The notes beneath the pieces are model-generated. The model was not told the DNA's origin and searched no databases. It was given only the letters and a program-made list of their open reading frames with translations. Position numbers and translations under genes: made by a program. From assembly GCA_965219455.1 (NCBI GenBank), contig OZ244744.1, positions 1,984,001 to 2,048,000 of the forward strand: a stretch of DNA of 64,000 nucleotides, read 5' to 3'. Below, one piece after another: positions 39,601 through 49,957 of the stretch. Each line of letters opens with the position of its first letter. The first letter of the stretch is position 1. Source of the DNA: Candidatus Latescibacterota bacterium (GTDB lineage Bacteria; Latescibacterota; UBA2968; GCA-2709665).

Positions 39601-40818
39601 ATGAGTTCAACATTCAAATGGCGCCTCTGTCATCCGGAGGTCGAATCGACAGATGGCGACGTGCCGTGCGCGAGGGAGGCGCCGGGCGCCATGCTGGCCT
39701 ACCATGGACGGATCTTCATGTTTGGTGGCGGTACGCTCAGATACGGCGCGTCGTCCGGACAGGGCAACAAGTCCACGCTGGGCGCACTGAATGACCTGTG
39801 GGCGTACGATCCGTCGATCGGGAAATGGACCCGGCTGGAAGAAAACGACGGTGCGACCGGGTTCGATATCTCGGCAGACCGTCCGTGCGCACGCATGTTG
39901 CCGGCATGGGTTGAGATAGACGACCGGTTCTATTTGTTCGGCGGGTTGTCGATCCTGAGCGAGGGATGGAAGTTCACCCTGTTGAACGACCTGTGGATGT
40001 ACGATCCTTCGGAAGCGCGCTGGACGCTGCTGGAGCCCGACGACGGCCTCCTGATGGAGCACCCTGACTGCGCGGGTCGGGGTCGACCGACCACCATGGG
40101 TGGGTTCGGAACGGCCGTTATCGGGAGGAAGATCTATCTGTTCGGCGGATGGGGCCACCGGGCGCCGCTTCCACCGACGGTGGAGACCGCGGTGCTGAGC
40201 AGGCAACTCTGGACTTATGATACCGGTACGGGGACGTGGGAGCGGATCGAAGCGGCGGATGACGCGGCCTGGCCGCCGAAGCGGTACGTCGCGTCGATGA
40301 CGGCCTGCCAGGGTCGTATATATCTTTGGGGAGGACGGGATACGCAGGACCGGGATCCGCAATTCTATAACGATCTCTGGCGGTTCGATCCGGATACCCG
40401 GGTATGGACCTGTCTCGCGAAAAATGACTTCGAGGCGGCAAACCGGCCTTCCGCCCGCTACGGCCAGGGTTCGGCCCGGATAGGAGATCGATGGTACGTT
40501 TTCGGCGGGTTCGGACCGCGGGGGACCTTCATGCCGGAAGAAGTGAATGGACCGCAACTGAACGATCTCTGGTGTGTGAATCTGAATTCCGGAGACTGGA
40601 CCTGCCTCCAGGCGCACGACGGATCGAAAGACTACTCGGAATCCGCGGCGTATCCGGGCGTACGGCGGGTGCCGGGCATGGTGGCCGTGGATGAATCGGT
40701 GTACCTGTTCGGCGGGCTGGACCTGGCGAGCGGGCCGAACAACGACGGGCCCGTGACGGGCTTTAACGACTTATGGGTCGGGCGCGAAGCGTCAGCGCGC
40801 TTTGCGATAGACAATTAG
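39601..40818 (+). CDS. Kelch-repeat beta-propeller protein
   Basis: Six (I/F/V)YxFGG ... NDLWxYD ... W type repeats. Confidence 0.85.
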   Translation: MSSTFKWRLCHPEVESTDGDVPCAREAPGAMLAYHGRIFMFGGGTLRYGASSGQGNKSTLGALNDLWAYDPSIGKWTRLEENDGATGFDISADRPCARMLPAWVEIDDRFYLFGGLSILSEGWKFTLLNDLWMYDPSEARWTLLEPDDGLLMEHPDCAGRGRPTTMGGFGTAVIGRKIYLFGGWGHRAPLPPTVETAVLSRQLWTYDTGTGTWERIEAADDAAWPPKRYVASMTACQGRIYLWGGRDTQDRDPQFYNDLWRFDPDTRVWTCLAKNDFEAANRPSARYGQGSARIGDRWYVFGGFGPRGTFMPEEVNGPQLNDLWCVNLNSGDWTCLQAHDGSKDYSESAAYPGVRRVPGMVAVDESVYLFGGLDLASGPNNDGPVTGFNDLWVGREASARFAIDN

Positions 40819-42371
40819 CCTCAATGCGAAAATAATGTTGATGAATTTCGGGGTATTGAAGACTAAGCGAGAATGCGAATAAGTCTATATTTTTCAATAG
40901 GAAAAGGCCTTCCATTTTGGTATATTGGGAAGCGACAAACGACCCATTTAACCCAAAACGAAAGGCCACGTACAGTGAGACGAAAGAAAGCGGATTTGCA
41001 CGCGCGTGTCAACGACAATTTGAAGATGGAATTCACCGGTGAAGGCCTCACCTCGTATGCGGGTTTGGAACTGTTGATGCGATATTTGCGAAACGTGGAT
41101 TGGAACAGGCAGTTGCGCCGTCACCTGGGCAGTGTGGGCTTTGGCGGCGATTTCGGTGTGGTGAGCCTGTGCCGTGTTCTGTTGGGTTTGCTGTGGGTAG
41201 GCGGCCGTCGGTTGCGGCATCTGGATTTCTTGAAAGGAGATCCCCTGCTGCAGCGGTTTTGCGGTCTGACGGATCTACCGACCCCCCGCAGCGTGAGTAC
41301 GTTTCTGAGACGGTTTTCCGACAAGGGTCTCAACGCCCTGAAAGCCCTCAACGCCGACGTGGTTGCCCATAAGATCAACCTGTTGCGCGCCCGAAAATTG
41401 ACGATCGACGTGGACGGCACCGTCTTGTGCACCGGAAAACGCGTCGGCGGTGCCCGCCGCGGGTATAATCCGCATCATCGCAAAGTCCCCAGTTACTATC
41501 CGATCACCGCCTACCTGGCCGACAGTGGTCATTTTCTGGGCGTGCACAACCGGGCAGGCAACGTCAATGATGGCAGCGCCTCCATCCTGTTTCTAAAGGA
41601 CGTGTTTTCCCAGATCAAAGAGACCTTGGGACACGCCTACACTCTGCGATTCCGCATGGATGGCGCCTTTTTCAAAGAGGATGTGGTGAACACGCTCATC
41701 AAGAACAAGGCCTCGTATGCCATCAAGGTACCCTTCTGGAAAGGCCTGGACTTACAGCACAAAATCCGTCAATGCAGCAACTGGCAGCGCATCGAGAAGG
41801 GCGTCGACGGCTTCACGTCAACGCTGACGGTCAAAAAATGGAAACGCACCCTCAACATTGCCATCTTTCGAAAACGCGTGATGCATCAAACCCGAAAGAA
41901 CTACCAGTTGGACCTGTTCGATCCCGATGATGGCACCTTCGAATACAGTGCGGTGGCTACCAATCTACCCTTCAAGTTGCGCGCGCTCTGGCGCTTCATG
42001 GCAGGCCGTGGTGCCCACGAAAAAGCCATTGGCGAACTCAAGACCGGACTTAGCTTCGATACCATCCCCACGCACCATTACCACGCCAATAGTGCCTGGC
42101 AACAGTTCGTCATTCTCGCGCACAACCTCCTGGTCAACTTCCAAATCGAAACCGGACTCACAAAACGCAATCGCACCTTGAAAAATACCAACCGATGGCC
42201 GCTCAAATCCATACGTACTCTCCGGTTCGAGCTCATCAACCGAGCCGGACACCTCGTGCGACCCGAAGGGCGTCTAACCCTGCGCCTCCAACGCAACAAG
42301 CACACCGAAAAACAATACCGTAAAATCTGCAACGCGCTCCAGAAAGCCGCCTGATTTATTTCACATTGAGG
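40819..42371 (+). mobile_element. IS1380-family insertion sequence, 1553 bp, with TTAG target duplication
   Basis: IRL CCTCAATGCGAAATAA, IRR reverse complement CCTCAATGTGAAATAA; TTAG at 40815-40818 and 42372-42375; lower GC than flanks. Confidence 0.92.
40975..42354 (+). CDS. IS1380-family DDE transposase
   Basis: LTSYAGL, TIDVDGT, GYNP, RMDGAF, RGAHEKAIGELK, ILAHNL; probable GTG start. Confidence 0.9.
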   Translation: MRRKKADLHARVNDNLKMEFTGEGLTSYAGLELLMRYLRNVDWNRQLRRHLGSVGFGGDFGVVSLCRVLLGLLWVGGRRLRHLDFLKGDPLLQRFCGLTDLPTPRSVSTFLRRFSDKGLNALKALNADVVAHKINLLRARKLTIDVDGTVLCTGKRVGGARRGYNPHHRKVPSYYPITAYLADSGHFLGVHNRAGNVNDGSASILFLKDVFSQIKETLGHAYTLRFRMDGAFFKEDVVNTLIKNKASYAIKVPFWKGLDLQHKIRQCSNWQRIEKGVDGFTSTLTVKKWKRTLNIAIFRKRVMHQTRKNYQLDLFDPDDGTFEYSAVATNLPFKLRALWRFMAGRGAHEKAIGELKTGLSFDTIPTHHYHANSAWQQFVILAHNLLVNFQIETGLTKRNRTLKNTNRWPLKSIRTLRFELINRAGHLVRPEGRLTLRLQRNKHTEKQYRKICNALQKAA

Positions 42372-42388
42372 TTAGTGACGGGAGATCG

Positions 42389-43213
42389 ATGATGAAGCTG
42401 ATGATTATGACGGATCTGGAGGGTGTGGCTGGCATTTTGAATTTCGAGGACTGGTGCGTGCCGGGCGCAATGTATTACGATAAAGCGAAGAGACTCCTGA
42501 CGCTGGAGGTCAACGCCGCGGTGGACGGGTTTTGCGAAGGCGGCGCGGAAGCAATCCTGGTGGTCGACGGGCACGGGCACGGCGCGATGGATCCTGAGCT
42601 GCTGGACGAGCGCGCTCAGGTGATGCGGGGCCACGCGGATCCGATCTGGCCCTGGAGTCTGGACGGGTCTTACCAGGGCCTGGCATACGTGGGGCAGCAC
42701 GCGAAGGCGGGTACACCCTATTCGCACCTGACCCATACGGGAAGTTTCGCCTGCGTGGACTATGCGATCAACGGGATTTCGATTGGTGAATACGGGCAAC
42801 TCGTGTTGTGTGCGATGGAACTGGGAGTGCCCACGATTTTCGCGGCGGGCGAACAGGCGTTTGCGAAGGAGGCGGAGGCGCTTACGCCCGGCGTGGTAAC
42901 GGTGAGCGTCAAGCGTGGTCTGCTTCCCGACGGTCTGGATGATCTGGATGCCGAAGCGTACGGCCGCGCCAAGCTGAGCGCCGTCAACCTCGCGCCGGCG
43001 AGGTCCCGCGCGCTGATCCGAGAGAGCGCCCTGAAAGCGATCGCAAAGCTGAAGATGAATCCGGCGGCTTTCCGATACCCGGAAATGAATCCGCCTTACG
43101 TTCGTACCGCACGCTACAGAAAGCGCGGCGAGACCCCGGGATTCCGTACCCGCGACGAGCACCCCGACAGCATTGTCGGATTGATGAATATGGCGTCAAC
43201 GAAGGTGGCGTAG
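42389..43213 (+). CDS. Peptidase M55 (DppA-like D-aminopeptidase)
   Basis: TDLEGVAG, EVNAA, VDGHG, GQHA, HT, IGEY. Confidence 0.85.
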   Translation: MMKLMIMTDLEGVAGILNFEDWCVPGAMYYDKAKRLLTLEVNAAVDGFCEGGAEAILVVDGHGHGAMDPELLDERAQVMRGHADPIWPWSLDGSYQGLAYVGQHAKAGTPYSHLTHTGSFACVDYAINGISIGEYGQLVLCAMELGVPTIFAAGEQAFAKEAEALTPGVVTVSVKRGLLPDGLDDLDAEAYGRAKLSAVNLAPARSRALIRESALKAIAKLKMNPAAFRYPEMNPPYVRTARYRKRGETPGFRTRDEHPDSIVGLMNMASTKVA

Positions 43214-43286
43214 CGCGTCTGGGGTGAATCAGACTGGACGAGGACGAACCGCGGAATGGAATAATCGAGTGACATGGAATGCTGAC

Positions 43287-43919
43287 ATGGTGCAAATAAC
43301 ACACGAATTCGACGCGCCCGGGCCGCAGCCGAACGGCATGCAGGCCACGCGGGACGGAATCTGGTTTCTGGATCAGAAAACGAACCAGGCGGCCCTGGTT
43401 TCCTTCGCGGGCGAAACGTTAAAGACGCTGGAAACAGCGTCGGACCGCGGGAGCGGGATTACGGATACGGGGTCGGCGCTGTGGCTGGCCTCCACGTATG
43501 ACAGGAAGATCCTCCGTGTGGATCGCGATACGGGCGAGACACTGGACCATTTCGATACCCCCGGCGCGGCCGTGACGGGGGCCCACGGCCTGGAGTTGCG
43601 CGACGGCCGCCTGTGGATGGCCGTTCCGCCGGCGGCGACGATATATGAGGTGGATCCGGAGCGCGGCTTCGAAGTGGTACGCTCGATTCCCGCTCCTGGG
43701 AAAAGGCCGCACGGTATCGCGTGGGAGGGCAGCGACCTCTGGTGTGTCGAAACCAATCAACGTGCTATTTACCGGTTGAACTCGGCGAATGGAGCGATCC
43801 GCGAAAAGATCGAGATTCCCGAAGACGACCCTGAGCCGCACGGGATGACGATGTGGGACGGGGCGTTCTGGTACTGTGACGCCGGTTCCCGGGCGGTGTG
43901 CCGGGTGACGGCGGGATAA
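43287..43919 (+). CDS. Small beta-propeller protein (glutaminyl cyclase/virginiamycin lyase-like)
   Basis: Repeated P-[NH]-G-x-x-W-DG-x-x-W blades. Confidence 0.6.
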   Translation: MVQITHEFDAPGPQPNGMQATRDGIWFLDQKTNQAALVSFAGETLKTLETASDRGSGITDTGSALWLASTYDRKILRVDRDTGETLDHFDTPGAAVTGAHGLELRDGRLWMAVPPAATIYEVDPERGFEVVRSIPAPGKRPHGIAWEGSDLWCVETNQRAIYRLNSANGAIREKIEIPEDDPEPHGMTMWDGAFWYCDAGSRAVCRVTAG

Positions 43920-44034
43920 AGCAGGCAAGTCCGTTTCGGTTCTTGTGATTTCGTCGGAATGCCGCGAGGGCATTCCCGGGGGTGCCGGCCGACGGTGTGC
44001 GGCTCCTTGTCTCCCGTCTGAACGAGAGATGGTC

Positions 44035-45033
44035 ATGGGCGAGAAAAACGAAGACGGGGCGCGCGTTTTCGCGCTGTCGGACGTCCACGTGGACTCGGGG
44101 CTGAATCTGACCTGGATCCAGGCGCTCTCCGAGTCCGATTTCCAGCGGGATGTATTGATTCTGGCCGGAGACGTGAGCGACCGCATGGACCGGTTGGCGT
44201 CTGCACTGGCCCGTTTGCGCTCCAGGTTCGCGAGCGTTTTTTTTGTACCGGGAAACCATGAATTGTGGATCCGGGGAACGGGGGCGCCCCGCGGGTCTCT
44301 GGGCAAATTCGATCAGGTGCTTGCCCTTTGCGACAGTCTCGACGTCAGGACGCGACCCGGCAGGGTCGGAAATAGCGAAGGCGTGTGGATCGTCCCTCTC
44401 TTTTCGTGGTATATGAAACCCGAGGAGGGAACCGACAGTTTATATGTACCCAAGGCGGGCGAAGATATGACACTGTCAATGTGGAGCGATAACCATTTCG
44501 TCAGATGGCCGGGGACGGCGAGGCCGGCCGCGGAATTTTTCCTTCGCGCAAACGAGAGATACGTCTTGCGGGAATACGATGCGCCGGTAATTTCGTTCAG
44601 CCACTTCCTGCCAAGACGGGAACTGATATTCGGCATACCCGAACAATGGCTGTCCGGCAAATCGTTGGCGGATCCCCATCCCGGGTTCAACTTCAGCCGG
44701 GTGGCCGGGTGCGGGCGTCTGGATGCACAGGTTCGGCGACTCGGGTCGACCATTCACGTTTACGGTCATCAGCATCGAAACCGTTTTCGCAAGATTGACG
44801 GCATCACCTATGTTTCTCACTGTTTGGGATACCCGCGGGAGAGGGAGACGGGACATATTCGAGGGCTTGAAGGCGGTCCCAGGCTGGTCTGGGATTCCAG
44901 CGGACCGGCGCCCGATCCGGAAACGCCACACCCGCTGCCAGACCTGGCACGGGACGGCGCTGTCCGTCGATCCCCGGCGAGCGCGGGGGATACCTCCTCG
45001 GACAATCCTTTGAAAAAGACGGAAACAGCGTAA
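44035..45033 (+). CDS. Calcineurin-like metallophosphoesterase
   Basis: SDVH, AGD, PGNHE, SHF, GHQH. Confidence 0.88.
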   Translation: MGEKNEDGARVFALSDVHVDSGLNLTWIQALSESDFQRDVLILAGDVSDRMDRLASALARLRSRFASVFFVPGNHELWIRGTGAPRGSLGKFDQVLALCDSLDVRTRPGRVGNSEGVWIVPLFSWYMKPEEGTDSLYVPKAGEDMTLSMWSDNHFVRWPGTARPAAEFFLRANERYVLREYDAPVISFSHFLPRRELIFGIPEQWLSGKSLADPHPGFNFSRVAGCGRLDAQVRRLGSTIHVYGHQHRNRFRKIDGITYVSHCLGYPRERETGHIRGLEGGPRLVWDSSGPAPDPETPHPLPDLARDGAVRRSPASAGDTSSDNPLKKTETA

Positions 45034-45091
45034 ACCGACCGCATCAAGTCCGAACAGGGCAATCATCGATACGAGTTGGGGGCGGTAGTGT

Positions 45092-45586
45092 ATGAAACGG
45101 CTTTATGTGATCCGGCATGCAAAATCGAGCTGGAGCGATCAGGGGCTGAGTGATTTCGATCGCCCGCTGAACAAACGTGGCAAGCGGGACGCGCCTATTA
45201 TGGGCACGCGCCTGAAAAAAAACGGGGCGAAACCCGACATTGTCGTCTCAAGCCCTGCAAAACGTGCCGTAAAAACGGCCCGCGCGATTGCGAAGGCATT
45301 GGGATTCTCGACAGGGAAAATCATAGAGGAGATGGCGATTTACCATGCGAGCCTGCACGACCTGATTGCCGTGGTGAGGGAAATCCCGGAATTTTGTGGT
45401 GAAGTGATTATGGTAGGACATAATCCGGGCTTCTCGGAGCTGGCCGGTTTTCTTGCTTCAGATTCGGACGTTTATATGCAAACCTGCGCCGTGTGTTGCG
45501 TGGATCTGGAGGTCGATTCCTGGGCGCAGGTATCGGGCGGTGTCGGGCGGATGGTATCGTACGATTATCCGAAGAAATACACATAG
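45092..45586 (+). CDS. sixA: SixA-like phosphohistidine phosphatase
   Basis: RHAKSSW, DRPLNKRG, SSPAKRA, VGHNPG. Confidence 0.85.
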   Translation: MKRLYVIRHAKSSWSDQGLSDFDRPLNKRGKRDAPIMGTRLKKNGAKPDIVVSSPAKRAVKTARAIAKALGFSTGKIIEEMAIYHASLHDLIAVVREIPEFCGEVIMVGHNPGFSELAGFLASDSDVYMQTCAVCCVDLEVDSWAQVSGGVGRMVSYDYPKKYT

Positions 45587-45592
45587 ACTGCG

Positions 45593-46345
45593 ATGATCGA
45601 CCTTACGATTGAAAACGGAATTGCCTGGCTGACGCTGAACCGGCCCGAGGTGTTGAACGCAATGGATCTCGGAAGTGTGCGGGCGCTGGCCGCGCACCTG
45701 GAAGGGATGCACGAACGGGAGGACGTCCGTATAGTGGTCACCGAAGGCGCGGGTCGGGCGTTCTGTGCGGGGAGTGATCTGACCGACCTGGCGGCGTTGT
45801 CTCCCGCGGAGGCCGCGGCCGTGGAACGGGAACATGAGAATGCATTCGCCCTGTTGGATGCGATACCCCAACCGACCGTCGCCATGTTGCACGGTTACGT
45901 GCTCGGCGGCGGGGTGGGTATGGCGCTGTATCATGACTTCCGGATCGCAGCTGTATCGGCAAGGCTGGGGATGCCGGAAGTGAAACTGGGATGGACGCCG
46001 CCGTGGGGAATGGGACGGCTGGTCGACGTCGTTGGCGGATCGGCGGCAAGGTGGATCGCGATGGGGTGCGAAACGGTAACGGGCGACGAGGCAAAGTGTC
46101 TCGGCCTGGTGCACGACTGCGTTGCGGACGACGTATTGAGGGATCGGGTCAGGGCATTTGCGCTTCGTCTCGCGTCGTTTCCGCCGGTGGCGCTGAGAGA
46201 GACCAAGGCCCTGCTGAACCGGATATCCTCGCCCCGCGACGCAAAGTGGGATGCCGCCGCGTCAGAGGCCTTTGAGCTTTGTTTCGGTACGGACGAAGCG
46301 CGCGCGAACGTGGCCGCGTTCATTGCGCGGAAGAAAAACACATGA
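45593..46345 (+). CDS. Enoyl-CoA hydratase/isomerase family protein
   Basis: LNRPEVLNA, AFCAGSDL, GGG, GMPEVKLG. Confidence 0.9.
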   Translation: MIDLTIENGIAWLTLNRPEVLNAMDLGSVRALAAHLEGMHEREDVRIVVTEGAGRAFCAGSDLTDLAALSPAEAAAVEREHENAFALLDAIPQPTVAMLHGYVLGGGVGMALYHDFRIAAVSARLGMPEVKLGWTPPWGMGRLVDVVGGSAARWIAMGCETVTGDEAKCLGLVHDCVADDVLRDRVRAFALRLASFPPVALRETKALLNRISSPRDAKWDAAASEAFELCFGTDEARANVAAFIARKKNT

Positions 46346-47916
46346 TGGACGTTGCGGCGGATCGAACGCTGTACCTGGATTTCGCGGGTTTCGCCGGGAA
46401 ACAGCCGGATCGGGAGTGGATGTTGTACGAACGGGGCGACGGGCGCGTTTTCCGATGGACGTACGCCGCGTTCCTGCAAAGCGTTCATCAGGCGGCCAAT
46501 CTCCTGCGTGAGATGGGAATCCGCGAGGGAGACGTTTTCAATCTGCATCTGTCCAACCACCCCGCCTACGCGCAGTTGATTCTTGCCGCATCGCACCTGG
46601 GTGCAACGGCAATGCCCACGAATCCGGCTTCTACCGCGGATGAACTGGCGTATCTGGTGGGGCATTCCGAGAGCAAGGTGATGTTTACCGAGGCAGGATG
46701 CCTGGAGGCGGCGAACCGGGTTGCGGCGGATTCGAATATCGTTCCGGTGGTGTGCAATACGGGCGAAGAGGTTCCCGGCGAATGCCCGGTTTATGAAGAA
46801 GCGCTGTCCGGACAGAGCGTCGAACCGCCGGATGGGGCCGGCGCGGCGGAGCGTGTCGTGCAACTCCTGTATACTTCGGGTACCACGTCGCGGCCCAAAG
46901 GGGTGATGCTGACCAACGCCTGCTTCGTCTACGGCGCCGAAGTGTTCGCCGCGTGTTCCGGATTGCAGCGGCAGGACCGGCACCTGGTGGCGCTTCCGCT
47001 CTTTCACGCGGGGGCGCAATGCCACGCGTTGTGGCCGTCCCTGGTGACCGGCGCGAGCGTGGCGGTGATGGCCCGTTTCAGCGCGAGCCGGTTTTTTGAA
47101 CAGGCCATCGAATACGGCTGCACGATGGCCGCCATGTTCGGGGCATTGTTGCGGATGCTGCTGAACCAGCCGGAGCGGAAGACCGACGCGGCCCATGGGA
47201 TACGGAACATCACGTTCGCCCAGAATCTGACTCCGGCGCAGTACGAGGCCTGGCCTCGGCGGTTCAGGTCGTCGTTGCAGCAGCTATGGGGGATGACGGA
47301 AACGTGCGGGCTCCCGGTAATGAGTCCGTTGAAGGGCGGGCGCAACCTCGCTGCAATGGGGAAGCCGGTGCCCGGGTATGAAGTGAAGGTGGTGGACGAA
47401 ACGGGTGAGGAGGCGGGTGCAGGCGCGCCGGGCGAGGTGATTGTGAAGGGGATACCGGGACGAACGATCATGCTGGGTTATCTGACGAATCCCGGGGCAA
47501 CGGCCGAAACCCTGCGATGCCATCCGGACGGGACCTGGCTGTATTCAGGGGATACGGTACGTGCGGACGAAGACGGGTTTCTGTATTTTCTGGATCGGGG
47601 GAAGGATCTGATCAGGCGTGCCGGAGAAAATATCTCCAGCATCGAAGTGGAGGGCGTGATTCTGGAATGCGAAGGTGTCACCGATGTCTGCGTGGTGGGC
47701 CTGCCTGATGAGATTCGGGATGAACGCGTCGTCGCGGCCGTCGTGTCGAAACCTGAAGCGGATCCGAGCGAAGAAACAATACGGACGTATTGCGCAAAAC
47801 GTCTCGCGGCGTTCAAGGTGCCGGACACGATCGAGTTTGTGGATGCGTTGCCGAGAACGTCGGTCGGCAAAATTCAGAAGCAGGTTGTACGGGACCGGTT
47901 GGCATCCGCGTCGTGA
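46342..47916 (+). CDS. Acyl-CoA ligase, CaiC-like
   Basis: YTSGTTSRPKG, WGMTE, SGD, RRAGENIS, LPRTSVGKIQK; start overlaps upstream stop. Confidence 0.88.
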   Translation: MMDVAADRTLYLDFAGFAGKQPDREWMLYERGDGRVFRWTYAAFLQSVHQAANLLREMGIREGDVFNLHLSNHPAYAQLILAASHLGATAMPTNPASTADELAYLVGHSESKVMFTEAGCLEAANRVAADSNIVPVVCNTGEEVPGECPVYEEALSGQSVEPPDGAGAAERVVQLLYTSGTTSRPKGVMLTNACFVYGAEVFAACSGLQRQDRHLVALPLFHAGAQCHALWPSLVTGASVAVMARFSASRFFEQAIEYGCTMAAMFGALLRMLLNQPERKTDAAHGIRNITFAQNLTPAQYEAWPRRFRSSLQQLWGMTETCGLPVMSPLKGGRNLAAMGKPVPGYEVKVVDETGEEAGAGAPGEVIVKGIPGRTIMLGYLTNPGATAETLRCHPDGTWLYSGDTVRADEDGFLYFLDRGKDLIRRAGENISSIEVEGVILECEGVTDVCVVGLPDEIRDERVVAAVVSKPEADPSEETIRTYCAKRLAAFKVPDTIEFVDALPRTSVGKIQKQVVRDRLASAS

Positions 47917-47988
47917 CACAGACCGCGTGGTAAGAAGCCAACCGCATGGGCGCCCGTTACTTTTTAAACAACACCGGGGGATAACCTT

Positions 47989-48789
47989 ATGCAGGGGATG
48001 ATTTCGCAGGACCAGTGGAGCGATTACCACCGGGACGGGTTTTTGAAAATCGGCAGGCAGTGCAGCAGCGGGGAACTGGCCGGGCTACAGCGGCGAATCG
48101 ACGAGATTATGCTGGGCGAGGCGCCGCTGGATTATGGACGGTTGACGATGCAACTGGATCAGAACACGGACCATTATGAAGATGTGAAGGGAGGAGGAAT
48201 CGGCCATCAGGGCGCGAGTCTGGGTTATCGGAAGATTCAGGGACTGGAGTACGATGCATTATTTCTGACTTATTTGGAGAAGCCGATTTTCAGGGAAATC
48301 TGCGCGTATGTCTACGGAGCCCATGCGACCATCGCCTGTTTCCGGGCGATGTTCATGAACAAACCGGCGCAACAGGGTTCCGACCTGCCCTGGCATCAGG
48401 ACGGCGGGGGTTCGTGGCATCTGGATCGGGACCCGCTGGTCACCGTCTGGACGGCGCTGGATCCGGCCAAACCGGAGAATGGATGCGTGCAGGTGGTGCC
48501 GGGTTCGCATCAGTTGGGAATCCTGAGCGAGCAGGGACATACCATTACGGGGGAACAGGAACGGGAATTGTGTACCGACGACAGGATCGTGGACCTGACG
48601 ATGGAGCCCGGAGAGGTCGTGGTTCTCCACAACTGGCTGCTGCACCGGTCCGGCGTGAACCGGGTGGATATAGCCAGGCGGGCGTTCAGCGTGTGTTATA
48701 TCGACGCGCGAACCCGGTCAAGCCGCAAGTCCTCATTCTCGACGATCTTTGGAGAGGACGCATTGATGCCCGAACAGGTCGCGGCGTAG
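47989..48789 (+). CDS. PhyH-family Fe(II)/2OG dioxygenase
   Basis: PWHQD, WTALD..ENGC..VPGSH, LHRSGVN..RR. Confidence 0.9.
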   Translation: MQGMISQDQWSDYHRDGFLKIGRQCSSGELAGLQRRIDEIMLGEAPLDYGRLTMQLDQNTDHYEDVKGGGIGHQGASLGYRKIQGLEYDALFLTYLEKPIFREICAYVYGAHATIACFRAMFMNKPAQQGSDLPWHQDGGGSWHLDRDPLVTVWTALDPAKPENGCVQVVPGSHQLGILSEQGHTITGEQERELCTDDRIVDLTMEPGEVVVLHNWLLHRSGVNRVDIARRAFSVCYIDARTRSSRKSSFSTIFGEDALMPEQVAA

Positions 48790-48802
48790 CCAGGAGACAG
48801 AT

Positions 48803-49939
48803 ATGATCATTGATTCACACGCGTATTGTTTCGAGCCGGGGGATACGCCGGCCGGTTTCGAAAACAGCGATGCGCATTTGACTTGGATCCAGGAGGCTCA
48901 GGGCCTGCACCAGCAGCCGGCATGGCGCGTGAGGGACCGGGCGCCGGCGACTTCGGACGGATTGATCCCGCCGGATTACGGGTCCTGGAGGGAATTGCCC
49001 GACGTGGACTTTCGCGTGGACAGACAGACGGGGCGCGTGGTCTGGACGATCGACGGAGAGGATTATACAAAGCAGTTTTATCCGCCCAATCTGCGGAACC
49101 TGGAGTATACGCCACACAGTCTGATCGCGGAGATGGATTACGCGGACGTCGACGTGGCGCTCATCCACACGAATCCGATGTTGTCCCGAAACAGTGAATT
49201 CCTGGCCGATTGCGTGCGACAATACCCGGACCGGCTCCGGTCCATGGCGCCCGTGGACGAGTGGCGCATCCGTACCGAGACGGATGCCGTGATTCAGGAA
49301 CTCCAGACAGCCATTCAGGAACACGGGCTCCACGCCATCAAGTTCAACGCCCGGCCGGCCTATTTCGCCGGCCCGGAGCCGTGGGATGCGGCATCCTGCC
49401 ATCCGTTCTGGGATGCGGCGACGTCTCTCGGCGTGCCGATTTTTTTTACGCTGGGATCCGGGCCGGGGGACGTGACGCGGCGCATGACGCCGGAAGATGC
49501 CCGCCAGGGGTATCTGGAGGAGCAAAAAACGTTCGTCCGATGGATGGAACGCTATCCCGATACGGTTGTGAATCTGACGCACGGATTCCCCTGGCGCGCG
49601 TTTGTCTCGGACGGTGAATTTATCCCGATGCCGCGGGAGATCTGGTTGCCGTTCGAAAACCCGAATTGCAATCTCGAGGTCTGCTTCCCTGTCCGAATCG
49701 GAGACTGGTTCGACTTTCCGTACCGGGAGGTGTGGCCGGTGCTGGAGGCAATGGTCGCCAATGTGGGCGCGGATCACCTGAACTGGGGTACGGATATGCC
49801 GTTTCAGAATCGGTTCTGTACGTACCGGCAGTCGAGGCGATGGATTGAGAAGTATTGCGAGTATTTGAGCGACGACGACCTGAGGATGATTATGGGCGGG
49901 ACTACCGCGAGGATTCTGGGGCTGGATTCAAATATATAA
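48803..49939 (+). CDS. Amidohydrolase family protein
   Basis: IIDSHA, WGTDMPF, GGTTARI. Confidence 0.8.
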   Translation: MIIDSHAYCFEPGDTPAGFENSDAHLTWIQEAQGLHQQPAWRVRDRAPATSDGLIPPDYGSWRELPDVDFRVDRQTGRVVWTIDGEDYTKQFYPPNLRNLEYTPHSLIAEMDYADVDVALIHTNPMLSRNSEFLADCVRQYPDRLRSMAPVDEWRIRTETDAVIQELQTAIQEHGLHAIKFNARPAYFAGPEPWDAASCHPFWDAATSLGVPIFFTLGSGPGDVTRRMTPEDARQGYLEEQKTFVRWMERYPDTVVNLTHGFPWRAFVSDGEFIPMPREIWLPFENPNCNLEVCFPVRIGDWFDFPYREVWPVLEAMVANVGADHLNWGTDMPFQNRFCTYRQSRRWIEKYCEYLSDDDLRMIMGGTTARILGLDSNI

Positions 49940-49957
49940 TATAAGAGGAACGCGCGC

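Noticed and set aside
40916-40931. TTTGGTATATTGGGAA shared between the IS1380 left end and the TA-island repeat
   Set aside because: Short match explained by a common extended -10 motif; no flanking similarity
45092-45586. SixA as the phosphatase of the Hpt kinase
   Set aside because: About 10 kb away in a different gene run; nothing in the sequence links them
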